64,000 nt of DNA, from NCBI GenBank assembly GCA_963737155.1, contig CAVTRN010000002.1:1280001-1344000 (forward strand), in the 5' to 3' direction. Both the position numbers and the translations under genes were made by a program. A model generated the notes under the pieces. That model searched no databases. It was given only the letters and a program-made list of their open reading frames with translations, and had not been told where the DNA came from. Positions 1 through 11,783 of this stretch are shown here, piece by piece. Origin of the DNA: Nitrospirota bacterium (GTDB lineage: Bacteria; Nitrospirota; UBA9217). Numbering within the stretch: position 1 is the stretch's first letter; every line of letters starts with the position of its first letter.

Positions 1-1
1 T

Positions 2-442
2 GACGGGAGGGTCATTGTGATCAAGAACATTTTCGAACCGACCTACCTGAAACAGGAAGTAAAGCAGATCAGCATTTTCCTGTCCGTGTTTAATGTCCAT
101 GTGAATCGCTCCCCTCTCGGGGGAATGGTGGAAACCGTAAAATACAACCCCGGGAAATTCCATGTTGCCTCGGTCGACAAGGCATCACTGGACAACGAGC
201 AGACCGCTATGGTCATTGCCGATGGTGGTAAAAAAATACTCGTGAAACAAATCGCAGGCCTCATCGCGCGCCGAATTGTGTGTTATGCCAAACCCGGAGA
301 CAGGATCAATGCCGGTGAAAGGTACGGATTGATCCGCTTCGGCTCGCGGGTCGACATTTTCCTTCCGAAGGACGTCGATCTGAAGGTGAAGGTCGGCGAC
401 CGTATCAAGGGAGCCAGGGACATTATTGCAACGATGAAATAA
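2..442 (+). CDS. psd: Phosphatidylserine decarboxylase (5'-truncated by window)
   Basis: IFLSVFNVHVNRSP and RFGSRVD (autocleavage GS) motifs; next to pssA; frame is open from the window start. Confidence 0.92.
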   Translation, partial: DGRVIVIKNIFEPTYLKQEVKQISIFLSVFNVHVNRSPLGGMVETVKYNPGKFHVASVDKASLDNEQTAMVIADGGKKILVKQIAGLIARRIVCYAKPGDRINAGERYGLIRFGSRVDIFLPKDVDLKVKVGDRIKGARDIIATMK

Positions 443-537
443 TCATCTTTTTCTTCCCTCGATTGCATCATCTCATCCGGGGGCAGGCTTCGGTTCCTCC
501 CCCTTGGGGGAAGTGGCGCGGAGAGGAGCATCGCGAG

Positions 538-1287
538 TTGAGAAAAGGGATATACATACTGCCGAACCTTATCACGCTTTCGAGTATGTTCTCAGGGTTC
601 TACTCCATCGTGGCGGCGTTCAATTCCAACTACGAAGGAGCCGCGTGGGCCATACTCATTGCATCGATATTTGACGTGCTGGACGGCTGGGTCGCGCGAC
701 TGACCCATACAACGACGCGGTTCGGTATCGAGATTGACTCTCTTGCCGATGTCATCTCGTTTGGCGTCGCGCCTGGCATCCTTGCCTATACCTGGACCTT
801 ATCTTCTTTCGGACGTATCGGATGGTTGGGGTCATTTTTTCTTGTCGCCTGCGCCGCGCTTAGACTGGCGCGGTTCAATGTTCAAATGGGCAGCGCCGAG
901 AAAAAGCACTTCACGGGCCTCCCCACTCCGGCTTCGGCTCTCGTGATTGCAACTACAGTGCTGGCATACGCCGATATCATCGAAATACTTGATCGTCTAA
1001 AGCTTGTGTGGCTTGCCGATGCGGTAGGCAAGGACTACTGGGTGCTGGCGCTGACCTTCATCCTCGCGGGACTAATGGTGAGCAACTTCACATACCACAG
1101 CGTGAAAGAAGCGAACTTGAAGGAACGGCGTCCTTTCGGAATCCTCGTCGTTATAGCGGCCTTTTTGGCAGTCGTTGCCTATCATCCTGCTCTCGTCCTA
1201 TTCGTGGTTTCTATCTCCTATGTGCTTGTCGGCATAGCAGAAGCGCTGTACAAGTTACTGAAGAGGGAGAAAAAAGCTGCTGCGTAG
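538..1287 (+). CDS. pssA: CDP-diacylglycerol--serine O-phosphatidyltransferase
   Basis: PNLIT start, DxLDGxxAR...GxxIDSLADxISFG CDP-alcohol transferase motif; TTG start after GGAGAGGAG. Confidence 0.92.
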   Translation: MRKGIYILPNLITLSSMFSGFYSIVAAFNSNYEGAAWAILIASIFDVLDGWVARLTHTTTRFGIEIDSLADVISFGVAPGILAYTWTLSSFGRIGWLGSFFLVACAALRLARFNVQMGSAEKKHFTGLPTPASALVIATTVLAYADIIEILDRLKLVWLADAVGKDYWVLALTFILAGLMVSNFTYHSVKEANLKERRPFGILVVIAAFLAVVAYHPALVLFVVSISYVLVGIAEALYKLLKREKKAAA

Positions 1288-1605
1288 CAGTCCGCCTGAT
1301 TGAATTCGTATTGTTCATAATGACAGCGGGGAGCGATGAGAAATAGACGCAGTCCTCCGTCTCTAGAATTTATTGAAAGGCTATAAAGCAAACAGCTTAT
1401 ACCAGAACCGCATGGCTCCAATATGTCCCCTTCCGCAGCAATTCTGAGCGTTTGTCCGGTTCTGATTGCAAGGATGAACTGATTCCCGATGGCATCGTCG
1501 GGGATGGCACGTAAAGACAGGATGTTGGCGGGTAAGTTCTTTTCTGAGGCGCATTATTATTCTGCATCATGTATGCGGCAATCATCGCATGACATGGAGG
1601 TACAT

Positions 1606-3135
1606 ATGAGCAAGTTCATCCAGATATTTGACACGACGCTCCGAGATGGCGAACAGTCCCCGGGAGCAAGCATGAATGTCGAGGAAAAAATAACCATGGC
1701 AAAGCAGCTCGCACGGCTTGGCGTCGATATTATCGAGGCCGGCTTTGCCATCAGTTCACCCGGAGATTTTGAGGCCATCAAGCGTATCGGGGCCGAGGTG
1801 GAAGGTCCGATCCTGTGCAGCCTTGCCCGCGCGCGGAAGGAAGATATCGACCGCGCCTGGGAGGCGCTTAAGGACGCCCCGAAGCGGCGCATACATACCT
1901 TCCATTCCACATCGGATATTCATTTAAAGCACCAATACCGTATATCGCGCGACGAAGCGCTCACGCGGTCTGTGGAGATGGTCGGGCATGCCCGGTCACT
2001 TGTGGAGGACGTTGAATTTTCCCCTATGGACGCCACACGGACCGATGTTTCCTATCTTCTGGAAGTGATCGAGGCCGTAATCGATGGAGGTGCCGGAACC
2101 ATCAATATCCCGGACACTGTGGGGTATGCTATGCCCGATGAGTTCGGCGCGCTTATCCGGGAGATAAGGACGAGGGTCAAAAATATAAGCAAGGCTGCCA
2201 TCTCGGTTCATTGTCATAACGACCTTGGGCTGGCTGTCGCGAATGTGCTCGCCGCAATCAGGAATGGGGCGACACAGGTGGAATGCACGGTGAACGGCAT
2301 CGGCGAGAGGGCAGGAAACTGTTCCATGGAGGAAGTCGTCATGGCGCTCCGCACGAGAAGGGATTTTTTTGGAGCCGATACGATGATTCACACCGAGGAG
2401 ATTACGCGCACGAGCAGGCTTGTTACCAAGATCACTGGCATCCCGGTTCAGCCGAACAAAGCTATCGTCGGTGCCAATGCATTTGCCCATGAGTCGGGCA
2501 TCCATCAGGACGGACTGCTCAAGGAACGAACCACGTATGAGATCATAAAGCCGGAATCGGTCGGCCTCCTGAAAACCAATTTAGTTCTGGGGAAACATTC
2601 TGGCAGGCATGCATTCCGCGACCGGCTTAAGGAAATGGGGCATGAACTTTCCGATGAAGACTTGAATAAGGCATTCGAACGGTTCAAACGGCTGGCGGAC
2701 CAGAAAAAGGAAGTATTCGACGAGGATCTTGAAGCGATTGTATCCGATGAAATGCAGCAGATCCAGGAGATTTACATCCTGAAGCATCTCAGCGCGGAAA
2801 GTGGCACCGGGATCACACCCAGGGCCACGGTTGAACTGGCGGTGGGCTCAAACTCCATGAAGCAGACAGGCACCGGAGACGGGCCGGTTGATGCAGTGTA
2901 CCGGACGATCGCCGCAATTACCGGCACGAAAAGCAAACTTGACGCCTATCTGGTCAAGGCCATCACCGGCGGCACCGACGCCTTGGGCGAGGTGACCGTG
3001 AAAGTCGAGGAAGAGGGCAAAAAGGTTGCGGGCCACGGCGCCGATACGGACATTATTGTCGCAAGCGCCAAAGCGTACGTCAATGCATTGAACAAACTGG
3101 AGTATTGGAAAAAGGGAAGGCTAAAAAACACTTGA
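1606..3135 (+). CDS. leuA: 2-isopropylmalate synthase
   Basis: [33 protein letters not shown]; C-terminal regulatory domain; GGAGG RBS before ATG 1606. Confidence 0.96.
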   Translation: MSKFIQIFDTTLRDGEQSPGASMNVEEKITMAKQLARLGVDIIEAGFAISSPGDFEAIKRIGAEVEGPILCSLARARKEDIDRAWEALKDAPKRRIHTFHSTSDIHLKHQYRISRDEALTRSVEMVGHARSLVEDVEFSPMDATRTDVSYLLEVIEAVIDGGAGTINIPDTVGYAMPDEFGALIREIRTRVKNISKAAISVHCHNDLGLAVANVLAAIRNGATQVECTVNGIGERAGNCSMEEVVMALRTRRDFFGADTMIHTEEITRTSRLVTKITGIPVQPNKAIVGANAFAHESGIHQDGLLKERTTYEIIKPESVGLLKTNLVLGKHSGRHAFRDRLKEMGHELSDEDLNKAFERFKRLADQKKEVFDEDLEAIVSDEMQQIQEIYILKHLSAESGTGITPRATVELAVGSNSMKQTGTGDGPVDAVYRTIAAITGTKSKLDAYLVKAITGGTDALGEVTVKVEEEGKKVAGHGADTDIIVASAKAYVNALNKLEYWKKGRLKNT

Positions 3136-3169
3136 AACTGGACAAGGGATATTGTATATTTTTCAGACT

Positions 3170-4429
3170 ATGATGACGATAACGGAAAAGATTTTGGCTG
3201 CGCACTGCGGCAAAAAAGAAGTTAAACCGGGAGAATTAGTCAATACCAGACTTGATCTAGTGCTCGCCAACGATATTACCGCGCCTATCTCAATCAAGGA
3301 ATTTCGGGCCGGAGGTGCTAAGAAAGTATTCGATCCCGAGCGGATCGCGCTCATCCCCGACCACTTTGCTCCGAACAAGGATATTGCTTCGGCCGAGCAA
3401 TGCAGCATGCTCCGGCAGTTTTCTCGGGAACATCGCCTTTCGCTCTACTTCGAGGTGGGCAGGATGGGCGTGGAACATGCGCTCCTGCCTGAGCAGGGGA
3501 TCGTGGTACCTGGCGATGTGGTGATCGGCGCCGACAGCCACACCTGCACTTACGGCGGTCTAGGCGCATTCTCGACCGGAGTGGGCAGCACCGACGTTGC
3601 CGCAGCTATGATCACCGGTGAGGCTTGGTTCAAGGTGCCTGAGAGTATGAAGTTTATCTATAAGGGAAAGCTTGGCAAATGGGTCGGCGGAAAGGACATC
3701 ATTCTTCGCACGATTGGCGATATCGGAGTCGACGGCGCATTGTATCGCGCCATGGAGTTCACCGGCGAAGTGATTCGCAAGCTCCCGATGTCCGGCCGGC
3801 TGACTATCTGTAACATGGCCATCGAAGCGGGCGGCAAGAACGGTATCATTGAACCCGATGAGATTACAGAAAAATATGTGACGAAGCGAGCGAGGCGCAA
3901 ATATAAATTCTTCAAGAGCGACAGAAAGGCGAACTATGTCGACGTTCGCGAGTACGATTTGACCGGAATGGAGCCGCAGATTGCCTGCCCCCATCTTCCG
4001 GAAAATGTGAAACCCGTGAGCGGACTTGCTGCCATCAACATTGATCAGTCCGTTGTCGGCTCCTGCACGAACGGCAGGATCGAGGATATCCGGGTGGCGG
4101 CTAAAGTTATCAAAGGGCACAAAGTACATCCCTATGTTCGCATGATCGTCATACCGGCCACACAGGCTGTATACAAGCAGTGCATCAAGGAAGGCCTCGT
4201 CGATATATTCATCGATGCGGGCGCCGCCTTCAGTACGCCGACCTGCGGTCCTTGTCTCGGAGGCCACATGGGCATTCTCGCAGCCGGAGAACGTGCCATA
4301 GCCACGACGAACCGGAACTTCGTCGGCAGGATGGGTTCTCCCAAGAGCGAAGTATATCTTTCCAGCCCGGCGATTGCGGCGGCATCTGCGGTCCTCGGGA
4401 GAATCGGTAGGCCGGAAGAACTGAAATAG
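3170..4429 (+). CDS. leuC: 3-isopropylmalate dehydratase large subunit
   Basis: [21 protein letters not shown] aconitase-family motifs; leu operon context. Confidence 0.95.
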   Translation: MMTITEKILAAHCGKKEVKPGELVNTRLDLVLANDITAPISIKEFRAGGAKKVFDPERIALIPDHFAPNKDIASAEQCSMLRQFSREHRLSLYFEVGRMGVEHALLPEQGIVVPGDVVIGADSHTCTYGGLGAFSTGVGSTDVAAAMITGEAWFKVPESMKFIYKGKLGKWVGGKDIILRTIGDIGVDGALYRAMEFTGEVIRKLPMSGRLTICNMAIEAGGKNGIIEPDEITEKYVTKRARRKYKFFKSDRKANYVDVREYDLTGMEPQIACPHLPENVKPVSGLAAINIDQSVVGSCTNGRIEDIRVAAKVIKGHKVHPYVRMIVIPATQAVYKQCIKEGLVDIFIDAGAAFSTPTCGPCLGGHMGILAAGERAIATTNRNFVGRMGSPKSEVYLSSPAIAAASAVLGRIGRPEELK

Positions 4430-4487
4430 CTTTCAGTTCAAATAGGGCGCTTTAAAGGGTTTAATCGATTAGAACATTGAGGTTTGC

Positions 4488-4985
4488 ATGAAATTCAAAG
4501 GCAACGCATGGAAATTCGGCTCCGATGTCGACACTGACGCGATAATCCCGGCCCGTTATCTGAATACCTCTGATCCAAAGGAGCTTGCAACGCACTGCAT
4601 GGAGGATTCCACCACACCCGACTTCATGAAGAGGATGAAATCCGGAGACATCATTGTTGCCGAGAAAAACTTTGGATGTGGGTCATCGCGCGAACATGCG
4701 CCAATCGCGATCAAGGCTGCCGGCGTTGCCTGCGTAGTGGCAAAAAGCTTTGCGCGGATATTCTACCGGAACTGCTTTAACATGGGGCTTCCGATCTTCG
4801 AGAGCGCCGAGGCGGTAGACGGCATCAAAGAAGGAGACCAGATTGAAGTCGATGCCGATGCTGGGGTGATCCGGAATCTTACGTCAAACAGGACATTCAA
4901 AGTTGTTTCAGTCCCGCCCTTCATGCAAGAACTTATCGCCGCCGGCGGGCTTATGGCATACACGAAGAAGAAAGCGGGCTTGTAA
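4488..4985 (+). CDS. leuD: 3-isopropylmalate dehydratase small subunit
   Basis: [31 protein letters not shown]. Confidence 0.96.
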   Translation: MKFKGNAWKFGSDVDTDAIIPARYLNTSDPKELATHCMEDSTTPDFMKRMKSGDIIVAEKNFGCGSSREHAPIAIKAAGVACVVAKSFARIFYRNCFNMGLPIFESAEAVDGIKEGDQIEVDADAGVIRNLTSNRTFKVVSVPPFMQELIAAGGLMAYTKKKAGL

Positions 4986-5330
4986 TTGACTGCGTGTTTC
5001 AATCTGATGAAGGCGCTCCAGCCGAACGGCAATACGCTTGACCCCGAATCATGCTGTGAACCATGCGTGTATTACATCCGGAACCTCGATTCATCCTATT
5101 CCTCATCCCTCATCCCTTCGCAGCCTGCTTGCGGGTTGGATTTTATCCCCAGCGACGACAACTGTATCGAGATGCGGACGAGTAACTGCAGCGCGAGAAA
5201 AAGATAGCAACCTTTCCCCGGAGAATGAGAGAGCAGTAACTCGTTCTTTTTCGATCTATCTTTTCCCGCTTCAATCTCCATTTCTGCAGCCGGCATCTAT
5301 TATGATTTTATTTGAGAGGAAATTATTCTT

Positions 5331-6407
5331 ATGGTAAAGACCTACAGGATCGGAACGATACCCGGTGACGGCACGGGGCCGGAAGTTGTTCACGAAGCAA
5401 AAAAAGTATTGAATGCAGCAGCATCACGGGGTGCATTTAAACTTGAGTTCACCGAGTTCGATTTCGGCGCTGCACGATATCTCAAAACTGGGGAGACGCT
5501 TCCGGACAGCGCTATTGTTGAATTTAAGAAGTTTGACTCACTGATTCTCGGCGCTATTGGCCATCCTGATGTGAAACCGGGGATTCTCGAAACGGGCATC
5601 TTACTCAAAATACGTTTTGCCCTAGATCAGTACATTAACCTCCGGCCGGTGAAGCTCTATCCCAATGTCGAGACTCCGCTCAAAGACAAGGGTCCTGAGG
5701 ATATCGATTTCATAGTAATCCGCGAGAACACGGGGGGCATCTATACAGGGCACGGAGGGGCGACTCGCGTGGGAACGACCGAGGAGATAGCGACGCAGTT
5801 GATGGTGTATGATCGCCGTACTGTGGATCGATGCCTTAAATACGCGTTCGAACTCAAGAAGAAGCGTAATGCGAAAGACCCAAAATATGCCGCGAAACCA
5901 ATCACGCTTATTCACAAGCGGAATGTGTTGACCTATTGCGGTGACCTCTGGTACCGTGCGTTCGATGAGATGGGCTCCAAACAGTATCCTGAGATCAAAC
6001 GCGACTATAATCATGTTGACGCGGCGAACATGTGGTTCGTGAAAAATCCAGAATGGTTCGATGTCGCAGTCACGGAAAACCTTTTCGGCGACATCATTAC
6101 CGATCTCGGCGCAATGATTCAGGGCGGGCTCGGCGTGGCATCGGGAGGGAATGTTAACCCAGAGGGCGTTTCTATGTTCGAACCTATGGGCGGCAGCGCT
6201 CCGAAATATGCCGGCCAGAATGTGATTAATCCTATGGCGGCCATCGGTGCGGCAATGATGATGCTCGATTCACTGGGTGAAGCAAAGTCTGCACACTCGA
6301 TCGAAGCTGCCATGATTTCCGCAATGAAGAAGATGAAAAGTCAGGCGGCGGGGAAGATGGGATATTCGACCACGGAGGTGGGGGATTTAGTGGCGGGGAT
6401 GGTTTAG
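5331..6407 (+). CDS. leuB: 3-isopropylmalate dehydrogenase
   Basis: [37 protein letters not shown]; follows leuCD. Confidence 0.9.
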   Translation: MVKTYRIGTIPGDGTGPEVVHEAKKVLNAAASRGAFKLEFTEFDFGAARYLKTGETLPDSAIVEFKKFDSLILGAIGHPDVKPGILETGILLKIRFALDQYINLRPVKLYPNVETPLKDKGPEDIDFIVIRENTGGIYTGHGGATRVGTTEEIATQLMVYDRRTVDRCLKYAFELKKKRNAKDPKYAAKPITLIHKRNVLTYCGDLWYRAFDEMGSKQYPEIKRDYNHVDAANMWFVKNPEWFDVAVTENLFGDIITDLGAMIQGGLGVASGGNVNPEGVSMFEPMGGSAPKYAGQNVINPMAAIGAAMMMLDSLGEAKSAHSIEAAMISAMKKMKSQAAGKMGYSTTEVGDLVAGMV

Positions 6408-6445
6408 CTTGGTTCGGGATTCGAAGTTTAAGAATTATCAAAAAA

Positions 6446-6570
6446 GATGCATAAGATCGCGGGCGTTAGCCCGTGGATGAATGCATCCCTCTTGTTTCAC
6501 TCCCCCTTCAGGGAGGATAGGAGGGCGTGCTTTTGTGGTTTCAAGTGCCACGGGCGTAAGCCCGTGGATA
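6446..6570. repeat. REP-like / IS200-IS605-end hairpin doublet
   Basis: Two related palindromes, cgcgggc-gtta-gcccgtgg and ccacgggc-gtaa-gcccgtgg (6548-6567), about 90 bp apart; the first is enclosed by gatgcat...atgcatc. Confidence 0.7.
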
Positions 6571-6596
6571 TCTTTTTATAAAGCAGGAGAGCAATA

Positions 6597-7709
6597 ATGA
6601 TGCGAGTTGGCTTTATTGGTTGGCGCGGGATGGTAGGCTCGGTGCTCATGGGCCGGATGAATGAAGAAAAGGATTTTAATCTTATCGACCCAGTATTCTT
6701 CACAACCTCGAACGTCGGCGGCAAGGGCCCTAAGATCGGCAAGGATGTTCCTTCTCTCAAAGACGCGAAAAACGTTGATCAGCTGAGGGCGATGGAAATC
6801 ATTGTATCCTGCCAGGGTGGCGACTACACCAATGATATTTATCCCAAGTTGCGCGAGGCGGGATGGAAAGGCTTCTGGATCGATGCTGCATCAGCGCTTC
6901 GCATGGAGAAGGATGCCATTATTATTCTTGATCCGGTAAACCTGAATGTGATCAAGGATGGCATGGCAAAGGGCATCAAAAATTATATCGGCGGTAACTG
7001 CACCGTATCGCTTATGTTGATGGCGCTGGGCGGTTTGTATGAAAAGGGTCTGGTGGAATGGATGAGCGCCATGACTTACCAGGCGGCCTCAGGCGCAGGA
7101 GCCAACAACATGCGCGAGCTGCTGAAACAAATGGGCTCGATTCATGGCGCGGTGAAACCTATGCTCGATGACCAGGCGGGAGCCATCCTTGAAATCGATC
7201 GCAAGGTTGCCGGTCATATTCGCTCCGATTCCTACCCCCGGGAATTCTTCGGCGTCCCGCTAGCGGGTTCCGTTATCCCTTGGATCGACAAGCAGCTTGA
7301 GAATGGCCAGAGCAAAGAAGAATGGAAAGGACAGGCCGAGACGAACAAAATCCTAGGCCGCGAAGGGAACCCGATCCCGATCGATGGGACCTGCGTGCGC
7401 GTTGGTGCAATGCGCTGCCACAGCCAGGCACTGACGATTAAAATGACAAAAGACGTTCCGCTCAACGAGATTACAGACATGATCTCCAAACATAATATGT
7501 GGGTAAAAGTGATCCCGAACGTTCGTGAAATCACGATCAAGGAACTGACGCCCGCTGCTATAACCGGGACACTTACCGTGCCGGTCGGCCGACTTCGCAA
7601 GATGAACATGGGGCCGACTTTCTTAAACGCTTTTACTTGCGGCGACCAGCTTCTCTGGGGCGCAGCGGAGCCGCTGCGAAGAATGCTGAAAATCGTTGTG
7701 GAAAAATAA
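6597..7709 (+). CDS. asd: Aspartate-semialdehyde dehydrogenase (gamma-proteobacterial type)
   Basis: [41 protein letters not shown]. Confidence 0.96.
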   Translation: MMRVGFIGWRGMVGSVLMGRMNEEKDFNLIDPVFFTTSNVGGKGPKIGKDVPSLKDAKNVDQLRAMEIIVSCQGGDYTNDIYPKLREAGWKGFWIDAASALRMEKDAIIILDPVNLNVIKDGMAKGIKNYIGGNCTVSLMLMALGGLYEKGLVEWMSAMTYQAASGAGANNMRELLKQMGSIHGAVKPMLDDQAGAILEIDRKVAGHIRSDSYPREFFGVPLAGSVIPWIDKQLENGQSKEEWKGQAETNKILGREGNPIPIDGTCVRVGAMRCHSQALTIKMTKDVPLNEITDMISKHNMWVKVIPNVREITIKELTPAAITGTLTVPVGRLRKMNMGPTFLNAFTCGDQLLWGAAEPLRRMLKIVVEK

Positions 7710-7823
7710 AAAAAGCAGGGGAATTTTAACCAGAGTGAAGAGCGCGATGTTTATTGTTGTAACAGGCCTAGTAGCCCTTCGCGACCTGAGCACCAGAACG
7801 GTATTTTATTCGCTTGTATTCAC

Positions 7824-8837
7824 ATGATTAAAAAAAAGACTAAATACGTTGTTGCCATAGCCGGCGCGACTGGCACCGTGGGCAGAGAAATGGTTGAAAT
7901 CCTTGAGGAGCGCAAGCTCCCGGTGGACGAACTGGTGCTGCTTGCATCGGAGCAATCGGAGGGCGAGCGAATTGCCTTCCAGGGTAGGAACGTAGGCGTT
8001 CGCAAGCTGGCCAAGGATGCCTTTAAGGATGTAGACATTGCTATGTTTTGCACCGGCGCGAAACGCAGTCTCGAGTTCGCTTCGTCCGCAGTCGCGTCGG
8101 GCGCTGTCGTGATAGACGTTTCGAGCGCGTACCGCATGGATCCAAAGGTCCCCCTCGTCGTGCCCGAAGTGAACGCCTATGCTGTCGGAAAACACACCGG
8201 TATCATAGCCGCCCCTAACTGTGCCACGATAGGCATGGTTATGGCATTAAAACCGATTCATGACCGGGTTAAGATAAAACGTGTTGTCGTCACTACCTTC
8301 CAAGCCGTCTCGGGTACTGGCAAAAAGGCCATTGAAGAACTTGCACAGCAGACCGTCGCGCTCCTGAACTTTAGGGAGGTTGAAACGAAGGTATATCCGC
8401 ACCAAATCGCATTCAACTGTATTCCTCACGTTAATTCGTTTCTTGATAACGGCTATACCCAAGAGGAAATGAAACTGGTTGACGAAGCCAGGAAGATCAT
8501 GGAGGACGACTCGATCCGGATAACGGCAACAGCAGTACAGGTGCCGGTGTTCCGTGGCCATTCCGAGTCGGTTAATATCGAAATGGAGGCCAAGGTGTCG
8601 GCCGATGAAATACGGGCAATTCTCGCCGCAGCCCCGGGAATCATGGTATACGACGACCCCAAGAAGAATCTCTATCCCCTTGCAATTGATGTTACGGGAA
8701 AGGATGATATCTATGTGGGGAGGATTCGGGAAGATGAGTCTGTCCCGAGCGGGATCAATCTCTGGATCGTATCTGATAACGTTCGTAAGGGTGCAGCGCT
8801 GAACGCAGTGCAGATTGCCGAATATTTAATAAAATAA
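7824..8837 (+). CDS. asd: Aspartate-semialdehyde dehydrogenase, second (AsdB/USG-1) type
   Basis: GATGTVG, PNCAT, QAVSGTG, GHSE, DNVRKGAALNAVQIAE. Confidence 0.9.
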   Translation: MIKKKTKYVVAIAGATGTVGREMVEILEERKLPVDELVLLASEQSEGERIAFQGRNVGVRKLAKDAFKDVDIAMFCTGAKRSLEFASSAVASGAVVIDVSSAYRMDPKVPLVVPEVNAYAVGKHTGIIAAPNCATIGMVMALKPIHDRVKIKRVVVTTFQAVSGTGKKAIEELAQQTVALLNFREVETKVYPHQIAFNCIPHVNSFLDNGYTQEEMKLVDEARKIMEDDSIRITATAVQVPVFRGHSESVNIEMEAKVSADEIRAILAAAPGIMVYDDPKKNLYPLAIDVTGKDDIYVGRIREDESVPSGINLWIVSDNVRKGAALNAVQIAEYLIK

Positions 8838-8919
8838 AAAAACAGGAGCTGGAAGCTGAAGGCGAGTGATGCGAAGCGACCGGGATTTCGGTTGTCATCA
8901 ATCGACTTCCAATCGTATT

Positions 8920-9759
8920 ATGTATAAACTGATTTCTAAAATATTCGACAGGCTTGAGCGTGGGCTTTCCCCAAGAGAGAAGGTTATTATTGTTTCCCTC
9001 ATGTTCATCATCTCGGCGCTTGGGATTGTCCTTGCAGTGAGATACTATAACTATATTCAAAAAAACCCGGAGTTCTGCAACAGCTGTCACTTGATGGAAG
9101 AAGCATACCAGGCATGGAAACTCTCCGGTCACCGAAATATGGCATGCCAGGATTGCCATCAACTCGGCATGATCGAGCAGAACCGGCTACTCATAAAGTT
9201 TATATTCACGACTAACCGCAAGACGCCAGAACCGCATGGAAACGAGACCCCGTGGAAGACTTGTACAAAGTGTCATTGGGACGAAGCTGAACAGGGTTCG
9301 CTCACAGTGAACAAATCAACGGGGCATGCCCGCCACGTATTCGTGGAAAAGTTGTCTTGCAAGGATTGCCACAGCCGAACCGGGCACTCGTTCAGGCCGG
9401 AAAAGGACGCCTGTCTACGCTGTCATAAGGACTGGAAAATTCATGGAGTCGGTATGGAGAACATATCCTGTCTTCGGTGCCATACATTCTCAGCTAAAAA
9501 GCCGGAGCCGTTTATTCCCGACAGAGAGCGGTGTCTCTCGTGTCACCGGAAGTCATCCCGGACATCTTTTCCGGACAGAGTTCCCATGGCACGGCTGAAT
9601 TGCTACGAATGCCATAAGCCGCATGCTCGCATCAAACCGACGGATGATGACTGTCTCCGCTGTCATACTCGGGAAGTGCTGGCAACCAAGGCAGTGCATG
9701 TGTCTTCCAAGCATTGCAAGGCATGCCATATTCCTCATCGCTGGAGTGCACTGCGATGA
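8920..9759 (+). CDS. Membrane-anchored multiheme c-type cytochrome (10 CxxCH), NapC/NirT-like N-terminus
   Basis: N-terminal hydrophobic helix, PEFCNSCHLM..AY..W..SGH; ten CxxCH motifs counted. Confidence 0.88.
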   Translation: MYKLISKIFDRLERGLSPREKVIIVSLMFIISALGIVLAVRYYNYIQKNPEFCNSCHLMEEAYQAWKLSGHRNMACQDCHQLGMIEQNRLLIKFIFTTNRKTPEPHGNETPWKTCTKCHWDEAEQGSLTVNKSTGHARHVFVEKLSCKDCHSRTGHSFRPEKDACLRCHKDWKIHGVGMENISCLRCHTFSAKKPEPFIPDRERCLSCHRKSSRTSFPDRVPMARLNCYECHKPHARIKPTDDDCLRCHTREVLATKAVHVSSKHCKACHIPHRWSALR

Positions 9760-9772
9760 TAGAGCGCCGAAA

Positions 9773-10021
9773 TTACTTTTTTTTCTGTTTTTTTAGGCCG
9801 TTCGACGAGAAAAGAATGTTTGGCTGGACTTTATAGATACTGCACAACGTAATGAGTTTCATAAGACTTGGGTTGGTTTCCTTACCTGATTCAAGACGGG
9901 ATATGTAGCCCTGCGTAATTCTTCCACGGGCGTCTGGAGCCACCTCGGAAATACGTGCAACCTGGCTCATAGAGAGTTTGTTCTGTATTCTCAATTTCTT
10001 AAGTTTTTCGGAGAGCTTCAT
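9773..10021 (-). CDS. XRE-family HTH transcriptional regulator
   Basis: LKKLR...LSMSQVA...ITQGYISRLESGKETNPS HTH_3 pattern. Confidence 0.85.
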   Translation of the reverse strand: MKLSEKLKKLRIQNKLSMSQVARISEVAPDARGRITQGYISRLESGKETNPSLMKLITLCSIYKVQPNILFSSNGLKKQKKK

Positions 10022-10637
10022 AGTGCGTATTTATACTCTATTTTTATTTGTATGTCAACAGGAAGTTAGAATAAAAACATCTTCTTATCTCTTCAATTTA
10101 TAAATATTTGTATTTCAACACAGGTTAAATTTGCAAATAATTAATCATGGAGGTTACGCCACGTAGTTCTGCTATGAGGTACCTAGTACTTGGAATTCAA
10201 AGGGGTGGCGCAGTGAAGCTAGTATTTTATTTTTAGGTGTAAGTCCCACCATCGCAAAACCCGGGTTGGTGATTTAGTTATTAGAAACGGTTGGAAAATG
10301 GACTCAGTTATGCTGAGAATGCGTGAGATTGCCGATAGGTTCGGAATGCATAAAGTGGCCGTCTCTCGCACATCCAAAAGAGTAAAGATGAAGCCGCGTA
10401 CTGTGAAACTCTTGGCGAATTATCCGGGCTTGGCTAAGAGAGAATCGTCCAGTAATAAAAAAGCCCGTACGAGCTTTTACATCCGTTGTTAAACTGTTCC
10501 CAGCATTGCGGTCACCGATTGGAGAACAAGGGAGGGCAGGACAGCCTTACACTTTTTATTCGTTATGTTCTCATATTTGTATATATTATTATGCTATTGA
10601 TATGTTTCAAGGAAAAAATGTTTTTGGAGGAGAAAAG

Positions 10638-11426
10638 GTGGAGAATATTGTTGCTGTTGCCCGTGAAGCGGCACTGAAGGCGGGTAAAATCCTGCGCGAT
10701 AACATTGGCGGAACGCGCCAGATAACCTATAAAGGAGATATCAATCTGGTTACCGAGATGGATATGCGGTCTGAACGAGAAGTAGTCGAGACTGTACGTG
10801 CCGCCTTTCCCCACCATGGTATCGTTGCCGAAGAAGGGACCGATATCCAGAATGACTCGGGGTTTACTTGGATCATCGATCCCCTAGACGGCACTACGAA
10901 TTACGCTCATGGCTATCCCTGTTTTTCCGTGTCTATTGCGCTTGAACATGAAGGAACCATCGTGGCAGGCGTCGTGTACGACCCCATGCGTGAGGAGCTT
11001 TTTTCGGCGCAAAAAGGCCAGGGGGCTTTTTTAAACGGGGAAAAGGTCAGCGTTTCAGGCACCGATGAACTTATGAAGAGCCTGCTTGCCACGGGGTTTC
11101 CCTATGACCGCAAAGTGAGCGAGAAGAACAATATGAACTACTTCCATGATCTTCTCATGGCATCACAGGAAGTCCGGCGCGACGGTTCAGCGGCGCTCGA
11201 TCTTTGTTCCGTGGCATCGGGTCGATTTGATGGATTTTGGGAGTTGAAGCTGAAGCCTTGGGACGTCGCGGCTGGAAGCCTTATCGTTACTGAAGCGGGA
11301 GGTAGGGTTACTGATTTGTTGGGACAAAAGTTTGACCTGCATGCCGAAGAGATTCTTGCGAGCAACGGCAGAATTCACCGGCAGATGGTTGTGACACTCC
11401 AGGAAGCCTCGAAGCACAAGGGGTGA
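10638..11426 (+). CDS. suhB: Inositol monophosphatase family protein
   Basis: WIIDPLDGTTNYAHG, GSAALDL, WDVAAG; GTG start after GGAGG. Confidence 0.92.
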   Translation: MENIVAVAREAALKAGKILRDNIGGTRQITYKGDINLVTEMDMRSEREVVETVRAAFPHHGIVAEEGTDIQNDSGFTWIIDPLDGTTNYAHGYPCFSVSIALEHEGTIVAGVVYDPMREELFSAQKGQGAFLNGEKVSVSGTDELMKSLLATGFPYDRKVSEKNNMNYFHDLLMASQEVRRDGSAALDLCSVASGRFDGFWELKLKPWDVAAGSLIVTEAGGRVTDLLGQKFDLHAEEILASNGRIHRQMVVTLQEASKHKG

Positions 11427-11466
11427 AGTGAGCTTTTGCTGAAAGCTAGCCTATGAACACACTTTC

Positions 11467-11767
11467 GGCTATTTGTGGAGTTGCTAATTCCTCCTGTTGC
11501 CCCGCTCTTTGCCATCTCTAATGCCAATGAGGTCCCTCACGATGATCGTGGAGACGCCGCGAGCTTCTCATGGTGATAGAACAATCTGTCCCCTGGATAT
11601 GGTCTTCGCCCAGACGGGTTCCCTCAGGCAGACTGAGTTTAAGCTCAACCATAGGTGTGTTGAGTATATCATACTAGTGAGCCTATGTTCTCTTCTTAGT
11701 GGTAAAATCTCATTTGGTTGCTTCGCTACCAGCGCCTTATATCCCCGCCCTGAAGAGGCAGTTTTGC
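11467..11767 (-). mobile_element. Decayed IS200/IS605-family (tnpB) element, copy A
   Basis: Left-end motif ctcttcagggcggggatataaggcgctggtagcgaagcaacca; 11509-11560 matches 55959-56010 at 49/52 nt; reads IIVRDLIGIRDGK with stops. Confidence 0.8.
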
Positions 11768-11783
11768 TACGCAGGAGGATAAA

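Noticed and set aside
1290-1600. Leucine attenuator leader before leuA
   Set aside because: The short ORF at 1337 is not Leu-rich and no terminator/antiterminator pair is evident
3560-4267. Long antisense ORFs (also 19941-20705, 37167-37814, 50864-51610, 61876-62657)
   Set aside because: Shadows of well-supported genes on the opposite strand, with no motifs of their own
5088-5120. Short TCATCC(C/T)-like repeats
   Set aside because: Too few and degenerate to support an element
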